Origin: Gammaproteobacteria bacterium
GTDB taxonomy: Bacteria > Pseudomonadota > Gammaproteobacteria > Eutrophobiales > Eutrophobiaceae
DNA: 64,000 nucleotides
NCBI GenBank assembly: GCA_011772965.1
Contig: WVYN01000014.1
Coordinates: 161,002 to 225,001 of the forward strand
Direction: 5' to 3'
In this document: piece after piece, positions 41,081 to 51,013 of the stretch
Position numbering within the stretch: the first letter of the stretch is position 1
How the letters are laid out: each line of letters starts with the position of its first letter
The notes under the pieces: model-generated
What the model was told of the DNA's origin: nothing
Database searches by the model: none
The model's input: only the letters and a program-made list of their open reading frames with translations
Position numbers and translations under genes: made by a program

Positions 41081-41902
41081 ATGGAAAAACTGGGTTTAGA
41101 TAAACTGGGCATCAGTGATATTGGCATCAGCCTGCTCATAAATTTCACTACAGCAATTGCTATTCTCATCATTGGCTGGTGGATAGCTAAACTGATCCGC
41201 AAGGCGCTGGTCAAGGTCATGACCAGGAAAGAAATAGATAGTCTGTTGGTCTCATTTACCAGTAATGTGGTTTACCTGGCACTGGTTGCATTTATCTTTA
41301 TTTCTGCACTCAGCGAGCTTGGTGTTCAAACGACTTCATTCATTGCAATCATCGGCGCGGCCGGTCTGGCTATTGGTCTGTCTTTGCAGGGTTCACTGTC
41401 AAACTTTGCATCCGGTGTCATGATCATTTTCTTTCGTCCCTTCAAGGTCGGGGATTTTATCGAGGCGGGCGGAATCAGCGGTATAGTCGAAGGTATACAA
41501 ATATTCTCTACGCAAATGCGTACTGGCGATAATAAATCTATCATCATACCGAACTCAAGTATTACCAGTGGCACCATAACAAATTACTCGGCTAAATCTG
41601 AACGACGTGTAGATATGACATTCGGAATCGGTTATGACGATGACATAAGGAAAGCAAAACAGATCTTGGAGGATATTCTATCAGCAGATGATCGCATCCT
41701 GAAGGATCCGGCACCGGTCATTGCCATGGGAGCACTTGCAGACAGTAGCATTAATATTCTTGTCCGTCCCTGGGTAAAAACAGAGGATTACTGAGCGGTC
41801 TTTTGGGATCTGACTGAAAAGGTAAAACTCCGGTTCGATGAGGAAAATATCAGAATTCCGTTCCCGCAACGGGACGTACACCTGCACCAAGTTGCAGCCT
41901 GA
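41081..41902 (+). pseudogene. mscS: Small-conductance mechanosensitive channel MscS interrupted by in-frame TGA at 41792-41794
   Basis: GAAGLAIGLSLQGSLSNFASG, RPFKVGD; the same frame continues after TGA as AVFWDLTEKVKLRFDEENIRIPFPQRDVHL to TGA 41900-41902. Confidence 0.88.
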
Positions 41903-41939
41903 TTGTTAACATAACGGGAAAGCTATGTTGTCTTCCCAT

Positions 41940-42737
41940 TTATTTCTTGCCATAGAGTTCGATGTATTTTTTCGCGCGTTCCTTGCCTTGCGACAAATCA
42001 TCCCGTTCCATTTTTGATTCCATGATGGCGATATTCAACCCAGCCTGTTCTGCACCTCCGGACTCGGCCACCTTGAACCAGGCATAGGATTCCACCCAGT
42101 CGGGTTCTACTCCCTGACCTTCATGGTACATGGCACCCAGGCTGTTTTGCGCCTCTGCAAATCCCTGCTCTGCGGCTTTCCGATACCAGCTCATGGCCTC
42201 GACATAGTCCTGCTCTACACCTTTGCCCAGGAAATACATCAACCCAAGATTATTCTGTGCCCGTTTTCCACCCAGCTCTGCTGCCTTGCGCCAGTAACTT
42301 ACAGCAAGATCGATATCGCGCTTTATCCCTTCACCCCGGTAATACAGCAGCGCCATGTTTTGCATGGAGTCAATATGATTCTTTGCCACAGCCTTTTCAT
42401 ACCATGCTATAGCTGTCGGTATGTCCTTCTCGACCACAATGCCGTTTTGGTAGAACATCGCCACGTTATGTGAGGCACCTGCCGATCCCAGCTCCGCAGC
42501 GAGCCTGTATAGTTCCAGCGCCCGGGAATAATCCTGAGTGACACCTTGTCCTTCACGATACATGTTACCCAGGTAAAATTGCGCCTGCATATCACCGGCA
42601 GCAGCTAACCGGGTAAAGCCTTCCAGGGCTTTGGTATAATCACCATCGCTATAGGACTGGTAAACCTGATCAAAATCTGTGTCAGCATACAATGGGCCTG
42701 CCAGGATAAAGAAAACAATTAGCAATATTTTTTTCAT
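41940..42737 (-). CDS. Exported Sel1-like repeat protein
   Basis: Signal peptide MKKILL...LYA-D; about 5 Sel1 repeats (AQNNLG.MY..G.GVEQDY.EA..WYRKAAEQG). Confidence 0.9.
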   Translation of the reverse strand: MKKILLIVFFILAGPLYADTDFDQVYQSYSDGDYTKALEGFTRLAAAGDMQAQFYLGNMYREGQGVTQDYSRALELYRLAAELGSAGASHNVAMFYQNGIVVEKDIPTAIAWYEKAVAKNHIDSMQNMALLYYRGEGIKRDIDLAVSYWRKAAELGGKRAQNNLGLMYFLGKGVEQDYVEAMSWYRKAAEQGFAEAQNSLGAMYHEGQGVEPDWVESYAWFKVAESGGAEQAGLNIAIMESKMERDDLSQGKERAKKYIELYGKK

Positions 42738-42919
42738 AAATTGATCCCTTCTGAACTCCGATAAAGTAAAAATATCTCTGAAAATCCGAGGCATATCTGC
42801 AATAGCCCCACTTTGCAAGAATAGACATCTGTGGGCTCGGTTGTGCCGGACTATACTCTATGACAGGAAATGACCTGAAAAGGTCAATGTTCACCATCCT
42901 GCGAATCGCGGAGGATATC

Positions 42920-43435
42920 ATGAAAAGAAGACTCTATTTTGTGATCCCGGACCTGGACACCGCCCGCCAAATTGAGAAAGAGCTGCTGCTAGAACGCATT
43001 AATGATGACCAGATGCATTTTCTGGGAAAACGCGGCCTGGACCTGATGGACCTTCCCGAGGCCAATACTGCGCAAAGAACCGACATGTTGCATGGCAGCC
43101 TGATTGGTCTGGTATCCGGCGCTGCCGCCGGAACCATAATCGGCATTGTCCTTTATATGCTGAGGGACTACTTACTGCCTGTGGAATTGGGCGGTATATT
43201 GCTGATGCTTCTTATGGGCGCAATCTTTGGCGTCTGGATATCAGGCTTGTTAATCGGTACCAGTACACCTAACGTTAAGCTGGAACGTTTTCAAAACACA
43301 TTGGAAGAGGGCCACATTCTGCTGATGGCTGATATTGCAAAGGATGATGTTGATAAAATAAAACATATCATCCTGAGCCATCATCCGAATGTGCAGGATT
43401 TCGGCATGGATCCGACCATTCCCGCTTTTCCGTGA
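42920..43435 (+). CDS. DUF1269-like membrane protein
   Basis: MKRRLYF..PD, glycine-rich TM pair, G.ILLM.D, C-terminal DPTIPAFP; GGAGG RBS. Confidence 0.75.
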   Translation: MKRRLYFVIPDLDTARQIEKELLLERINDDQMHFLGKRGLDLMDLPEANTAQRTDMLHGSLIGLVSGAAAGTIIGIVLYMLRDYLLPVELGGILLMLLMGAIFGVWISGLLIGTSTPNVKLERFQNTLEEGHILLMADIAKDDVDKIKHIILSHHPNVQDFGMDPTIPAFP

Positions 43436-43442
43436 TGATGTA

Positions 43443-44090
43443 CTAAAGCAACTGGTAAATCAGGTGCTCCAGGCCAAAGATTATCGGACCGATAATCCGG
43501 ACCAGGACACCAGTAACCAGCAGGACCACCAGGATGATCAGGCCATATGGCTCCAGCCTGGCGTATTTTTCTGCCAGATCCGGTGGCAACAGTGACGTCA
43601 TCACCCGGCCTCCGTCGAGTGGTAACAACGGCAACAGGTTCAAAACCATCAGGATTATATTGATAATGATCCCGACCTTGACCATGGTCAGGATAAAGGG
43701 CGCAACCAGGGAGGCCTCAATACCGGCTACAAAAACCAGCTTTGCAATGAAAGCCCATATGAGCATCATCACCAGATTAGCCAGTGGTCCGGCAGCAGCA
43801 ACCAGTGCCATGTCCCGCCGGGGGTGACCCAATCTCTGCCAGTTCACGGGAACAGGTTTAGCCCAGCCAAAAATAAAACCAGTGAGCATGACCATCAGCG
43901 CAGGCACCAGGATGGTCCCTACCGGATCGATGTGCCTGATTGGATTGAGAGTCAGGCGTCCTTGCAGTCTGGCCGTGGAATCACCAAGCGAATTTGCCAC
44001 CCAGCCATGTGCCACTTCGTGCACCGTAATGCCAAACAGTATCGGAATCGACCAGGCGATTACGGTTTCGATAAGTCCAAGTTCCTGCAT
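43443..44090 (-). CDS. Site-2 protease (M50) family protein
   Basis: HEVAHG, GRLTLNP..HIDPVGT, GWAKPVP, AAGP.AN, NLLPLLPLDGG. Confidence 0.94.
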   Translation of the reverse strand: MQELGLIETVIAWSIPILFGITVHEVAHGWVANSLGDSTARLQGRLTLNPIRHIDPVGTILVPALMVMLTGFIFGWAKPVPVNWQRLGHPRRDMALVAAAGPLANLVMMLIWAFIAKLVFVAGIEASLVAPFILTMVKVGIIINIILMVLNLLPLLPLDGGRVMTSLLPPDLAEKYARLEPYGLIILVVLLVTGVLVRIIGPIIFGLEHLIYQLL

Positions 44091-44365
44091 AAAATATTAA
44101 TCCAGTCGTTGTCTAGCGATTCGTTGCCCGTGCTTTTCCTTCTTACGGTAATATGAGGGCGCACGGTTGATTCTCAAGAAGGTTTGCCCAAACATCTTCA
44201 GGGCAAAGTCTCTTCTACCAAGTGAATTCAGCAATAATCCGAAACTTAAATTTCAACCCAGAAACGATCTTCCCCGTGTTGACTGCATAGGGAGAGAACA
44301 GGACCTGGATGACCAGTAGCAGGATCCCGGGGAAAGGCATGGCGCCTTCCCTTTAATAAAACTGA

Positions 44366-45169
44366 TCAATCGGCTTTTTTCCTTAGCGAGGCAAAATCAT
44401 GCAATGTGGTATCCGCCAGGTGAGTTGGTACAATATTCTGGATACTTGCAAAGATGGTCTCTATCCTGCCCGGAAACTTCCTGTCCCATTCCCTGAGCAT
44501 GGACTTGATGGCCTGGCGCTGTAAATTATCCTGTGAACCACACAAGGTACAGGGGATGATTGGAAATTGCTTGTATTCTGCATAAGCCTTGATGTCTTCT
44601 TCCTTGCAATAAGCCAGCGGACGGATCACAATATTATCACCATCATCACTCAATAGTTTGGGTGGCATGGCCTTGATCTTACCGCCGTAGAACATATTCA
44701 GAAACAGAGTCTCAATGATGTCATCCCGATGATGTCCCAGGGCAATTTTGGTAAACCCGTTTTTCATGGCATAGCTGTAAAGTGCACCCCGGCGTAAACG
44801 AGAGCATAAACCACACATGGTTTTGCCTTCCGGGACAACCTCCTTGACCACACTATAGGTATCCTGCTCCAGTATCTGAAAAGGTATGCCCCGTTTGGTC
44901 AAATACTCCGGCAGGACATGCTCCGGAAAACCGGGTTGTTTCTGATCGAGGTTAACCGCAACCAATTCATACTTGACCGGTGCATAACCCTGCAGACTGA
45001 CCAGGATATCGAGCATGGTGTATGAATCCGCACCACCGGACAAACAGACCATGATCCGGTCACCATCCTCAATCAGCCTGAATTCCTCGATGGCACGGCC
45101 CACGTTGCGGTGCAGGCGTTTCTGCACCTTGTTGTGATTGTAGTTCTCCTTCTTGGCGAGGGCGGTCAT
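44366..45169 (-). CDS. ttcA: tRNA 2-thiocytidine(32) synthetase TtcA
   Basis: PP-loop [41 protein letters not shown]. Confidence 0.96.
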   Translation of the reverse strand: MTALAKKENYNHNKVQKRLHRNVGRAIEEFRLIEDGDRIMVCLSGGADSYTMLDILVSLQGYAPVKYELVAVNLDQKQPGFPEHVLPEYLTKRGIPFQILEQDTYSVVKEVVPEGKTMCGLCSRLRRGALYSYAMKNGFTKIALGHHRDDIIETLFLNMFYGGKIKAMPPKLLSDDGDNIVIRPLAYCKEEDIKAYAEYKQFPIIPCTLCGSQDNLQRQAIKSMLREWDRKFPGRIETIFASIQNIVPTHLADTTLHDFASLRKKAD

Positions 45170-45174
45170 ATGCT

Positions 45175-45579
45175 TCAGATCTTGCTCATGCTGCAGGGGT
45201 AATTCTTATTAAGCGCTTCGGTGACCAGCTTGTAGGCATCTTCCTCCAGGCGTGCCGGTTGCTGCTTTAACCAGTCGGTAGTCGTCTCGGTTACTTCCTG
45301 CAGGCTTACCTGGGTAGGGTCAATACAGAACACTCTCGGCTGTGTAGGGTCGGCCTGCTGGAAAGAGTCGACCACCTGCACCAACCCGAATATGTAACGC
45401 ATGCAATACTGGTTCGGGGCACCCGGGGCCGCGCCTTCCTCGCAGCCATCCAACAGCTCTCTGCCCGAGAGCGCCTCTTCCTCCTCAACGGCTTGCCCTT
45501 CGGGCAGTGGTTCCGCTGCAATCAGCGGCAATGAAAGGACAAGTAATAGGGCAAAATTCGTAATTTTCAGTGTTTTCAT
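45175..45579 (-). CDS. Rap1a/Tai-like exported protein
   Basis: Signal peptide; SG.ELL..C, C..YI.G..D, FC.P, WL...P.RL...A..LV.EAL...YPC. Confidence 0.75.
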   Translation of the reverse strand: MKTLKITNFALLLVLSLPLIAAEPLPEGQAVEEEEALSGRELLDGCEEGAAPGAPNQYCMRYIFGLVQVVDSFQQADPTQPRVFCIDPTQVSLQEVTETTTDWLKQQPARLEEDAYKLVTEALNKNYPCSMSKI

Positions 45580-45740
45580 CAGGTTTTCCAGATTATAAGT
45601 CGGTGGATTCTATCATTTGTGAATTTCCCGGAAAAACATAATTCCGACAAGAGGCGTAGATACCCGGGAACCAGTGACAAGGAAATATGACCTGTCAGAA
45701 CAATCGACTGCAACAAGTTACTGGAGTTCCAGGCAGGTAA

Positions 45741-45929
45741 TCAGCCGCGAGCAAAGACTACCAGAAGGATAATGAACAGAACGACGACCCCGATTGGGAG
45801 CAACACCCCCTGCCAGTCCGGGTTTTCAGCTTCCTTGCTTTTTTGCATGGCAACCTTGACGCCTGGCCAAAATATAAAGACCAGGATAACGGCACCAATA
45901 CCAAGTAACACCTGTTCCCACATTTGCAT
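45741..45929 (-). CDS. Small two-TM membrane protein
   Basis: GGAGAG RBS; two hydrophobic helices separated by SK.A...DW. Confidence 0.7.
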   Translation of the reverse strand: MQMWEQVLLGIGAVILVFIFWPGVKVAMQKSKEAENPDWQGVLLPIGVVVLFIILLVVFARG

Positions 45930-45964
45930 AGCACTCTCTCCCGGACGTATCGTAATGTCGGAAT

Positions 45965-45987
45965 AAAAAACCCCGCCAGGGCGAGGT
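45965..45987 (-). terminator. Rho-independent terminator after the cold-shock gene
   Basis: Minus strand CCTCGCC-CT-GGCGGGG followed by T6. Confidence 0.7.
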
Positions 45988-46012
45988 CAAGGAATACTAA
46001 GACGGGCTGCGT

Positions 46013-46219
46013 TTACTTCTCTACTTCCACATCCACAGCATGAGCTCCCTTGGGACCTGTCTCGATTTCAAAGGTTACGCTTTGTCCTTCCGACAAGGTT
46101 CGAAATCCTTCAGCCTTGATAGCAGAATAATGGACAAATACATCATCCCCTCCGCCCTCGGGTGCAATGAAACCAAAACCCTTGGACTCGTTAAACCACT
46201 TTACGACACCTTTACTCAT
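46013..46219 (-). CDS. Cold-shock protein (CspA family)
   Basis: [15 protein letters not shown] (RNP1), DVFVHYSAI (RNP2); GGAGG RBS before MSKG. Confidence 0.96.
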   Translation of the reverse strand: MSKGVVKWFNESKGFGFIAPEGGGDDVFVHYSAIKAEGFRTLSEGQSVTFEIETGPKGAHAVDVEVEK

Positions 46220-46459
46220 ACTGATTCCCTCCAGGTACAAATTAATTAATGACATGCAGCTCGAGGCAGAACGGTGTAAAGATACGGCGGAACCCCAAGG
46301 GATACTTCCGATACCAGGTACAACTGACTACCCAACTACATACACTCATACAGAATAGAACAAACTTACTCTGCAGGCCAATTTTACTGCATAAAAACAC
46401 TAAAAAACGGAATCAATAGACAGAAATTCTGGTATGTCATGATTGTGTCATATTTATTT

Positions 46460-46475
46460 GCGCTCCCGGCAGGAC
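46460..46475 (-). repeat. 16-bp duplicate of the tRNA-Arg 3' end
   Basis: GCGCTCCCGGCAGGAC at 46460-46475 is identical to 46510-46525. Confidence 0.85.
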
Positions 46476-46507
46476 GTGATAAACCATACGTCCTCGGTGC
46501 TCGAATA

Positions 46508-46584
46508 TGGCGCTCCCGGCAGGACTCGAACCTGCAACCCTCGGGTTCGAAGCCCGATACTCTATCCAGTTGAGCTACGGAAGC
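46508..46584 (-). tRNA. tRNA-Arg (anticodon TCG)
   Basis: Minus strand GCTTCCG/CGGGAGC acceptor stem, TAGCTCAACTGGATAGAGTA D arm, TCGGG-CTTCGAA-CCCGA anticodon arm, GGTTCGAGTCC, CCA; 77 nt. Confidence 0.95.
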
Positions 46585-46633
46585 TATGGTTTAGATACAC
46601 AGGGAAATTGTAACACCGGCAAGCTGCAGGCAC

Positions 46634-47812
46634 CTAGCGAACGGAGTGATACATGGCTTGCCTTTGACGTTTGGACATAACCAGTTGCCAGAGTTGTCCC
46701 TGTCGGGCGCGGAAAAAACCGGCACAGGAAAGCAGATAGAATTTCCACATCCTGTAAAACACCCGATCATAATTTGCTGACAGAAAATCCCAGGCCTGGT
46801 CAAATTTATTCCACCATGACATCAAGGTCTTGTCATAATCCTGACCAAAATTATGCCAGTCCTCAATCAGAAAAATCCCTTCAACCACATCCGCTATATT
46901 CCTGGCTGAAGGTAACGCGTAATTGGGAAATATATACTTGTCGATCCACGGATCAGCCCCGTGACTGGAGATATCCTTACCAATCGTATGGAGAAGAAAA
47001 AGGCCCTCGTCATTCAGAAGTTCATTAACCTTGCTAAAATAAACCGGGTAGTTCTTGAGTCCAACATGTTCGAACATACCAACCGAGACTATCTTGTCAA
47101 AGCTGCCAGTCAGGTCACGATAGTCTGTAAGTATAATATCAACGGGCAATCCCTTGCTGTGCTTTAGGGCGTACTCCTGTTGCTGTTTTGATACTGTAAT
47201 TCCAGTGACCTCAACGCCATAGTGACTGGCTGCATGTATCGCGAGTGCACCCCAGCCGCAGCCGATATCGAGAACTTTCTCGCCGGGCTTTAGCTGTAAT
47301 TTCCGGCAAATCAGGTCGACTTTGTTTTCCTGGGCCTGCTCGAGATTTTCAGCATCCTGCCAATAACCACAGGAATAGTTCAGCCCCGGATCAAGCATGG
47401 CAGTAAAGACATCATTACCGATGTCGTAATGCTGCTCACCGACCTGAAAAGCCCTGGCGGAAGATTGCAGATTAAAAAAGCGGTGTTGAATGAATTTAAG
47501 GAATAAGGGTAATCTTGACCAGCCTTTCAGTTTGTCCGGAATCCCGGCAGCAAACATCCTGGTAAACATGACATCCAGGGCGCGACAATCCCATAGGCCT
47601 TTCATATAGGCTTCGCCAAATCCAAGCGAACCCCTGGTCAACGTCATGGAGTAAACCGCAGGATCGTGGACCTGGATGTCCCAGATTGAGTCTCCATTGA
47701 ATTCCACTCCGGCCTCGGCTGCCAACTCACGCAAAGAGGCGGGTGGCTCATGCCCGTGTGAGCCATTAGATGAATTATCTGGAGATTTTTGACTGTCGAG
47801 AAATGCTCTCAA
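46634..47812 (-). CDS. cfa: Cyclopropane fatty acyl phospholipid synthase
   Basis: GSLGFGEAYM.G.W, QHYDIGND, YSCGYW, LDIGCGWG, IVSVGMFEHVG, WIDKYIFP, RMW.FYL..CAG.FRAR. Confidence 0.95.
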   Translation of the reverse strand: MRAFLDSQKSPDNSSNGSHGHEPPASLRELAAEAGVEFNGDSIWDIQVHDPAVYSMTLTRGSLGFGEAYMKGLWDCRALDVMFTRMFAAGIPDKLKGWSRLPLFLKFIQHRFFNLQSSARAFQVGEQHYDIGNDVFTAMLDPGLNYSCGYWQDAENLEQAQENKVDLICRKLQLKPGEKVLDIGCGWGALAIHAASHYGVEVTGITVSKQQQEYALKHSKGLPVDIILTDYRDLTGSFDKIVSVGMFEHVGLKNYPVYFSKVNELLNDEGLFLLHTIGKDISSHGADPWIDKYIFPNYALPSARNIADVVEGIFLIEDWHNFGQDYDKTLMSWWNKFDQAWDFLSANYDRVFYRMWKFYLLSCAGFFRARQGQLWQLVMSKRQRQAMYHSVR

Positions 47813-48166
47813 TCTATTACTCGCTTATGACGTCCCTCAGTATCCAACCGTCATAATTAAATACCCTAGAGCAGCTTGATGGTATTTTCAAGCCACTCCG
47901 GTTCTCTGTGAAGTAACTGTCATCGACAAAAAACCGGAGATTCTTCTTCTGGAATTTACCGTAACTTAACGAATTATCATTTGTTTTTTCTCTTCCACTG
48001 AGGTTCTTCAGGAGACCCAGAAAATACTCTTTATCATGACGTGAATCCTAAGCACTGATATATTTCGCATCACATTCAAAATGAGGATATACATGACGGT
48101 ATATTAACCCGATATTAATCGGGCAAACATATAATGACCGGGTAATCACCCGGTTGTTAGAGAAGG

Positions 48167-48619
48167 CTAGCTCCCGGCACGACAGGTACCGGATAGAATC
48201 ATGCCAATGGACGTATGGTAAAAATATGGGTTCTCGACGAGATCACTATTCGATAATTGATTGTTAATTTGGAGCAGCGCATAGGTTCCGGTTTCGGGAA
48301 AGAAGGTAAATGCAGTCAGGGGTCGTTCTTGATGATCACCATTCAATAACAACGGCTCATGTTCAACGTCAAAATTACTCAGCCTCTCTTTCAAAGCGGT
48401 AGTGCTGAGCACCTTGCCGCTTGCGATATCAACAGTGAATTCCCGGTTCTGGTAGTTTGCTGCCCAGCCATGGCGGACAAAATGACCTTTGTCATTTATC
48501 TTTGAGACATTCTTAATGGAACAGATATATTCTGTATTGCCTAGGGCGGCAGTTGGTACAGTGAGTATCAACAATGTGAAAATATGCAAACTACCTATTT
48601 TAACAAGCAATGACTCCAT
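48167..48619 (-). CDS. Hypothetical exported protein
   Basis: GGAGAG RBS, signal-peptide-like N-terminus, Cys near both ends of mature chain (YIC, GTC). Confidence 0.65.
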   Translation of the reverse strand: MESLLVKIGSLHIFTLLILTVPTAALGNTEYICSIKNVSKINDKGHFVRHGWAANYQNREFTVDIASGKVLSTTALKERLSNFDVEHEPLLLNGDHQERPLTAFTFFPETGTYALLQINNQLSNSDLVENPYFYHTSIGMILSGTCRAGS

Positions 48620-49459
48620 GACACTCTCCGTGATTGAGTATTTAAAGTTTATGACAGATATGTTCTGTTATGAGTTCAAAATCCTGCTTTAATGTGGATT
48701 GCTATCAGGAAGTAAATAAACTGAATTTCTCTGAAGATTTGAATATCTGAATGCAGAAATATAACTGCAAGAAGATAATTAAATTATCATAAGGATAATG
48801 GAATTCTGAATACAACATTCAATGTTGAGATTGATAAAAAGGATAACTGAATAAACGCCTTCAAAAATGTCATTAAGGAAAGCCTAATCGGTATGGTAGA
48901 TGCTATCAGCGATAAAAAAAATAACTGGAAGAAATCAAGGCCCTGGGCCATACAGGCAAAAAGCAAGAGGATCGGACCTCGATAACAATTTATTCTATAA
49001 ACTGAGGCCTCGTCATCATTAGTACATCTGCGCCGGTTTTCACCCGAATAGATTCCTGTCTGGCCTCCTGGCTCTGATCACTAATGTCACCTTGTTTTTT
49101 AGCACAAATTTCATTCAACTAACCTCCGCGAAAAAATGGATGTATGGTAAAACTGCACTGGATTTTTTATTTCAAAAAGATATATCGATCATTTTTTGGA
49201 TATATAAGTAAGAGATTGATTACTTTTAGAAAATTATTTCCGCTTAGTGCAGTTAATTATTAATTTCTGATGTTAGAGACATCTCATAAAGTAGCTTATG
49301 AAATTTAGTAGTGTAAATATCTGTTAAAACAAAAAACATTTTTTCTCACACTAAGGTATCAATCCAATAGCGATAAAATAAATAATCAAATACACCTTTT
49401 GGAGGATGATTTTATTCCGGGTTATGGAGTACATTACGCATATCTCAAGGACAAGCTAC

Positions 49460-49636
49460 ATGGGAAAATACACAGAACTGTATCGATTAAAGGATTTTGT
49501 TATCACGGAGAGTACCGGTGAAAACGATCAACCTGTATATCACATCAGGACCAGGGACGGTGAAATAGTCAGCAGGGAATATCATTCGCCCCACGAACCC
49601 GTCGAGTTGATGGAGTACATTCGGGTCAGGATCTAA
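49460..49636 (+). CDS. Small hypothetical protein
   Basis: Island of normal GC in AT-rich DNA; AAGGA before ATG 49460 (alternative start 49406 with GGAGG too close). Confidence 0.45.
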   Translation: MGKYTELYRLKDFVITESTGENDQPVYHIRTRDGEIVSREYHSPHEPVELMEYIRVRI

Positions 49637-49992
49637 CATCCATTTCTTTTGTTATAATTAGTTTGCTCGTTTAAAAGCCTGTTTAATGTGGTAAATGTAC
49701 CGATAACATATTCTTTCCTTTAAATTTTATTCTAATAATACTTTTGGATTAAAAATACCGGGCAAATTGAGTCCGGCGGGCCATTTTATACAGACAGTGT
49801 ATCTATTCTGTTAAATTGTGTTCGGTTAATTATCCTAAAATAAAGATTTACTTAGCCTGCACTGTTAATAATCAACCACGCAATATACTAAATCACAAAT
49901 ATTGCCATCCTATTGGCGATAGAATATAGCCTGAATAAACCTTAATAAGTCATAATATGCAGCAAAAATACTTGCGAACAAGGATTTAAAAT

Positions 49993-50757
49993 ATGAGAAG
50001 CATCAGACTGGTTTCATTTCGGACTTTTTTATGTTTTGTGTCACTTTCCCTCGCAATAATTTCATCGGCACTAGCTGCTGACAAAAACCTGAAGCTGGCC
50101 CTTGAACACTGGCCGCCCTATATCGACAGGAGTTTACCAGAGTATGGTATGGCGGCTGATATTGTCATCACAGCCCTTGACAGAGCTGGTTATACAACCA
50201 GTATCACATTTGCGAACTGGGCACTCATACTACAGGGCACTGGTATTGGTGTTTATGATGTGATTGCCGCTGCCTGGTATAGTAAACAAAGGGAAGCACA
50301 ATTCGAATATAGTGAGCCTTATCTGTATAACAAAATCAAATTCATCAAGCACAGGAGAAGCTCAATTGAATACAGGAGTCTTGATGATCTCAGAGGTCAA
50401 ATCATTGGTGTCGTTTATAATTACGCTTATTCCCCGGAATTTGACAGAAGTGATCTGTTTTACAGGATTCCCAGCAATCACTTGATCCAGAACCTTTCCC
50501 TGCTGCAATTGGGAAAGATAGATTTAACACTCGATGATGAACTCGTCATCAAGCATCAGATTAAAACCTACCTGCCCTCCTCCGCAGATCAGTTTGTCAT
50601 TCTGGACAAACCCCTGGATTATAGGGCGCTTCACATGATGGTCAGTCGCTCAAACCCGGAACATAAACAGATTGTGAGTGACTTCAACAAGGCGATAAAG
50701 CAAATGAGAGAAGATGGAACCATGGAACGTATCATCAAGAAATACGCTAACAAGTAA
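49993..50757 (+). CDS. Periplasmic substrate-binding protein, family 3 (orphan)
   Basis: Signal peptide; WPPY, G...DIV..A...GY, W...R, YSEP, DLRG..IGVV..Y.Y, FN.AI..M..DGT. Confidence 0.88.
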   Translation: MRSIRLVSFRTFLCFVSLSLAIISSALAADKNLKLALEHWPPYIDRSLPEYGMAADIVITALDRAGYTTSITFANWALILQGTGIGVYDVIAAAWYSKQREAQFEYSEPYLYNKIKFIKHRRSSIEYRSLDDLRGQIIGVVYNYAYSPEFDRSDLFYRIPSNHLIQNLSLLQLGKIDLTLDDELVIKHQIKTYLPSSADQFVILDKPLDYRALHMMVSRSNPEHKQIVSDFNKAIKQMREDGTMERIIKKYANK

Positions 50758-50940
50758 CGCAGGTAAAGGGGACCAGAAGAAATAAGCAGCCAAAACAAAT
50801 ACCATAATCTAGCGGACGTGTGACACCAATCAAGTTAGGGTATTTACCTAATTGACTGTTATAACAGTCTGTTAGACATTACGGCACTAGCAAACTGTAG
50901 GAAATAAGTTAATTGATAAATAGACTCAGTCTAAATTAAT

Positions 50941-50995
50941 TAGTGCACAAAAATATTGTGCACTATTGATTAATGAGCTAAATTATAGTGTGCAA
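50941..50995. promoter_or_regulatory. OhrR/MarR-type operator
   Basis: Perfect inverted repeat TAGTGCACAA-N5-TTGTGCACTA (50941-50965) plus related half-site TAGTGTGCAA (50986-50995) just before the regulator gene. Confidence 0.75.
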
Positions 50996-51013
50996 TTCCG
51001 AGAGTGAAGATCC

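Noticed and set aside
41792..41840. Selenocysteine or genetic code 4/25 explanation for in-frame TGA codons
   Set aside because: Positions correspond to Trp not Cys, no convincing SECIS hairpin, and conserved genes such as metG and egtD terminate correctly at TGA
44095..44215. GGGCAAACC on the minus strand resembling a c-di-GMP-I riboswitch, plus two hairpins
   Set aside because: No GNRA-capped P2 stem followed by GACGCAAAGC and no P3 helix; hairpins alone are insufficient
44215..44340. 41-codon minus-strand ORF MPFPGILLLVIQVLFSPYAVNTGK...
   Set aside because: Looks like the eroded N-terminus of a membrane protein, but too short and degenerate to call
45030..45050. TtcA PP-loop SGGADS rather than SGGKDS
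   Set aside because: Single substitution with all Cys motifs intact; likely ordinary family variation
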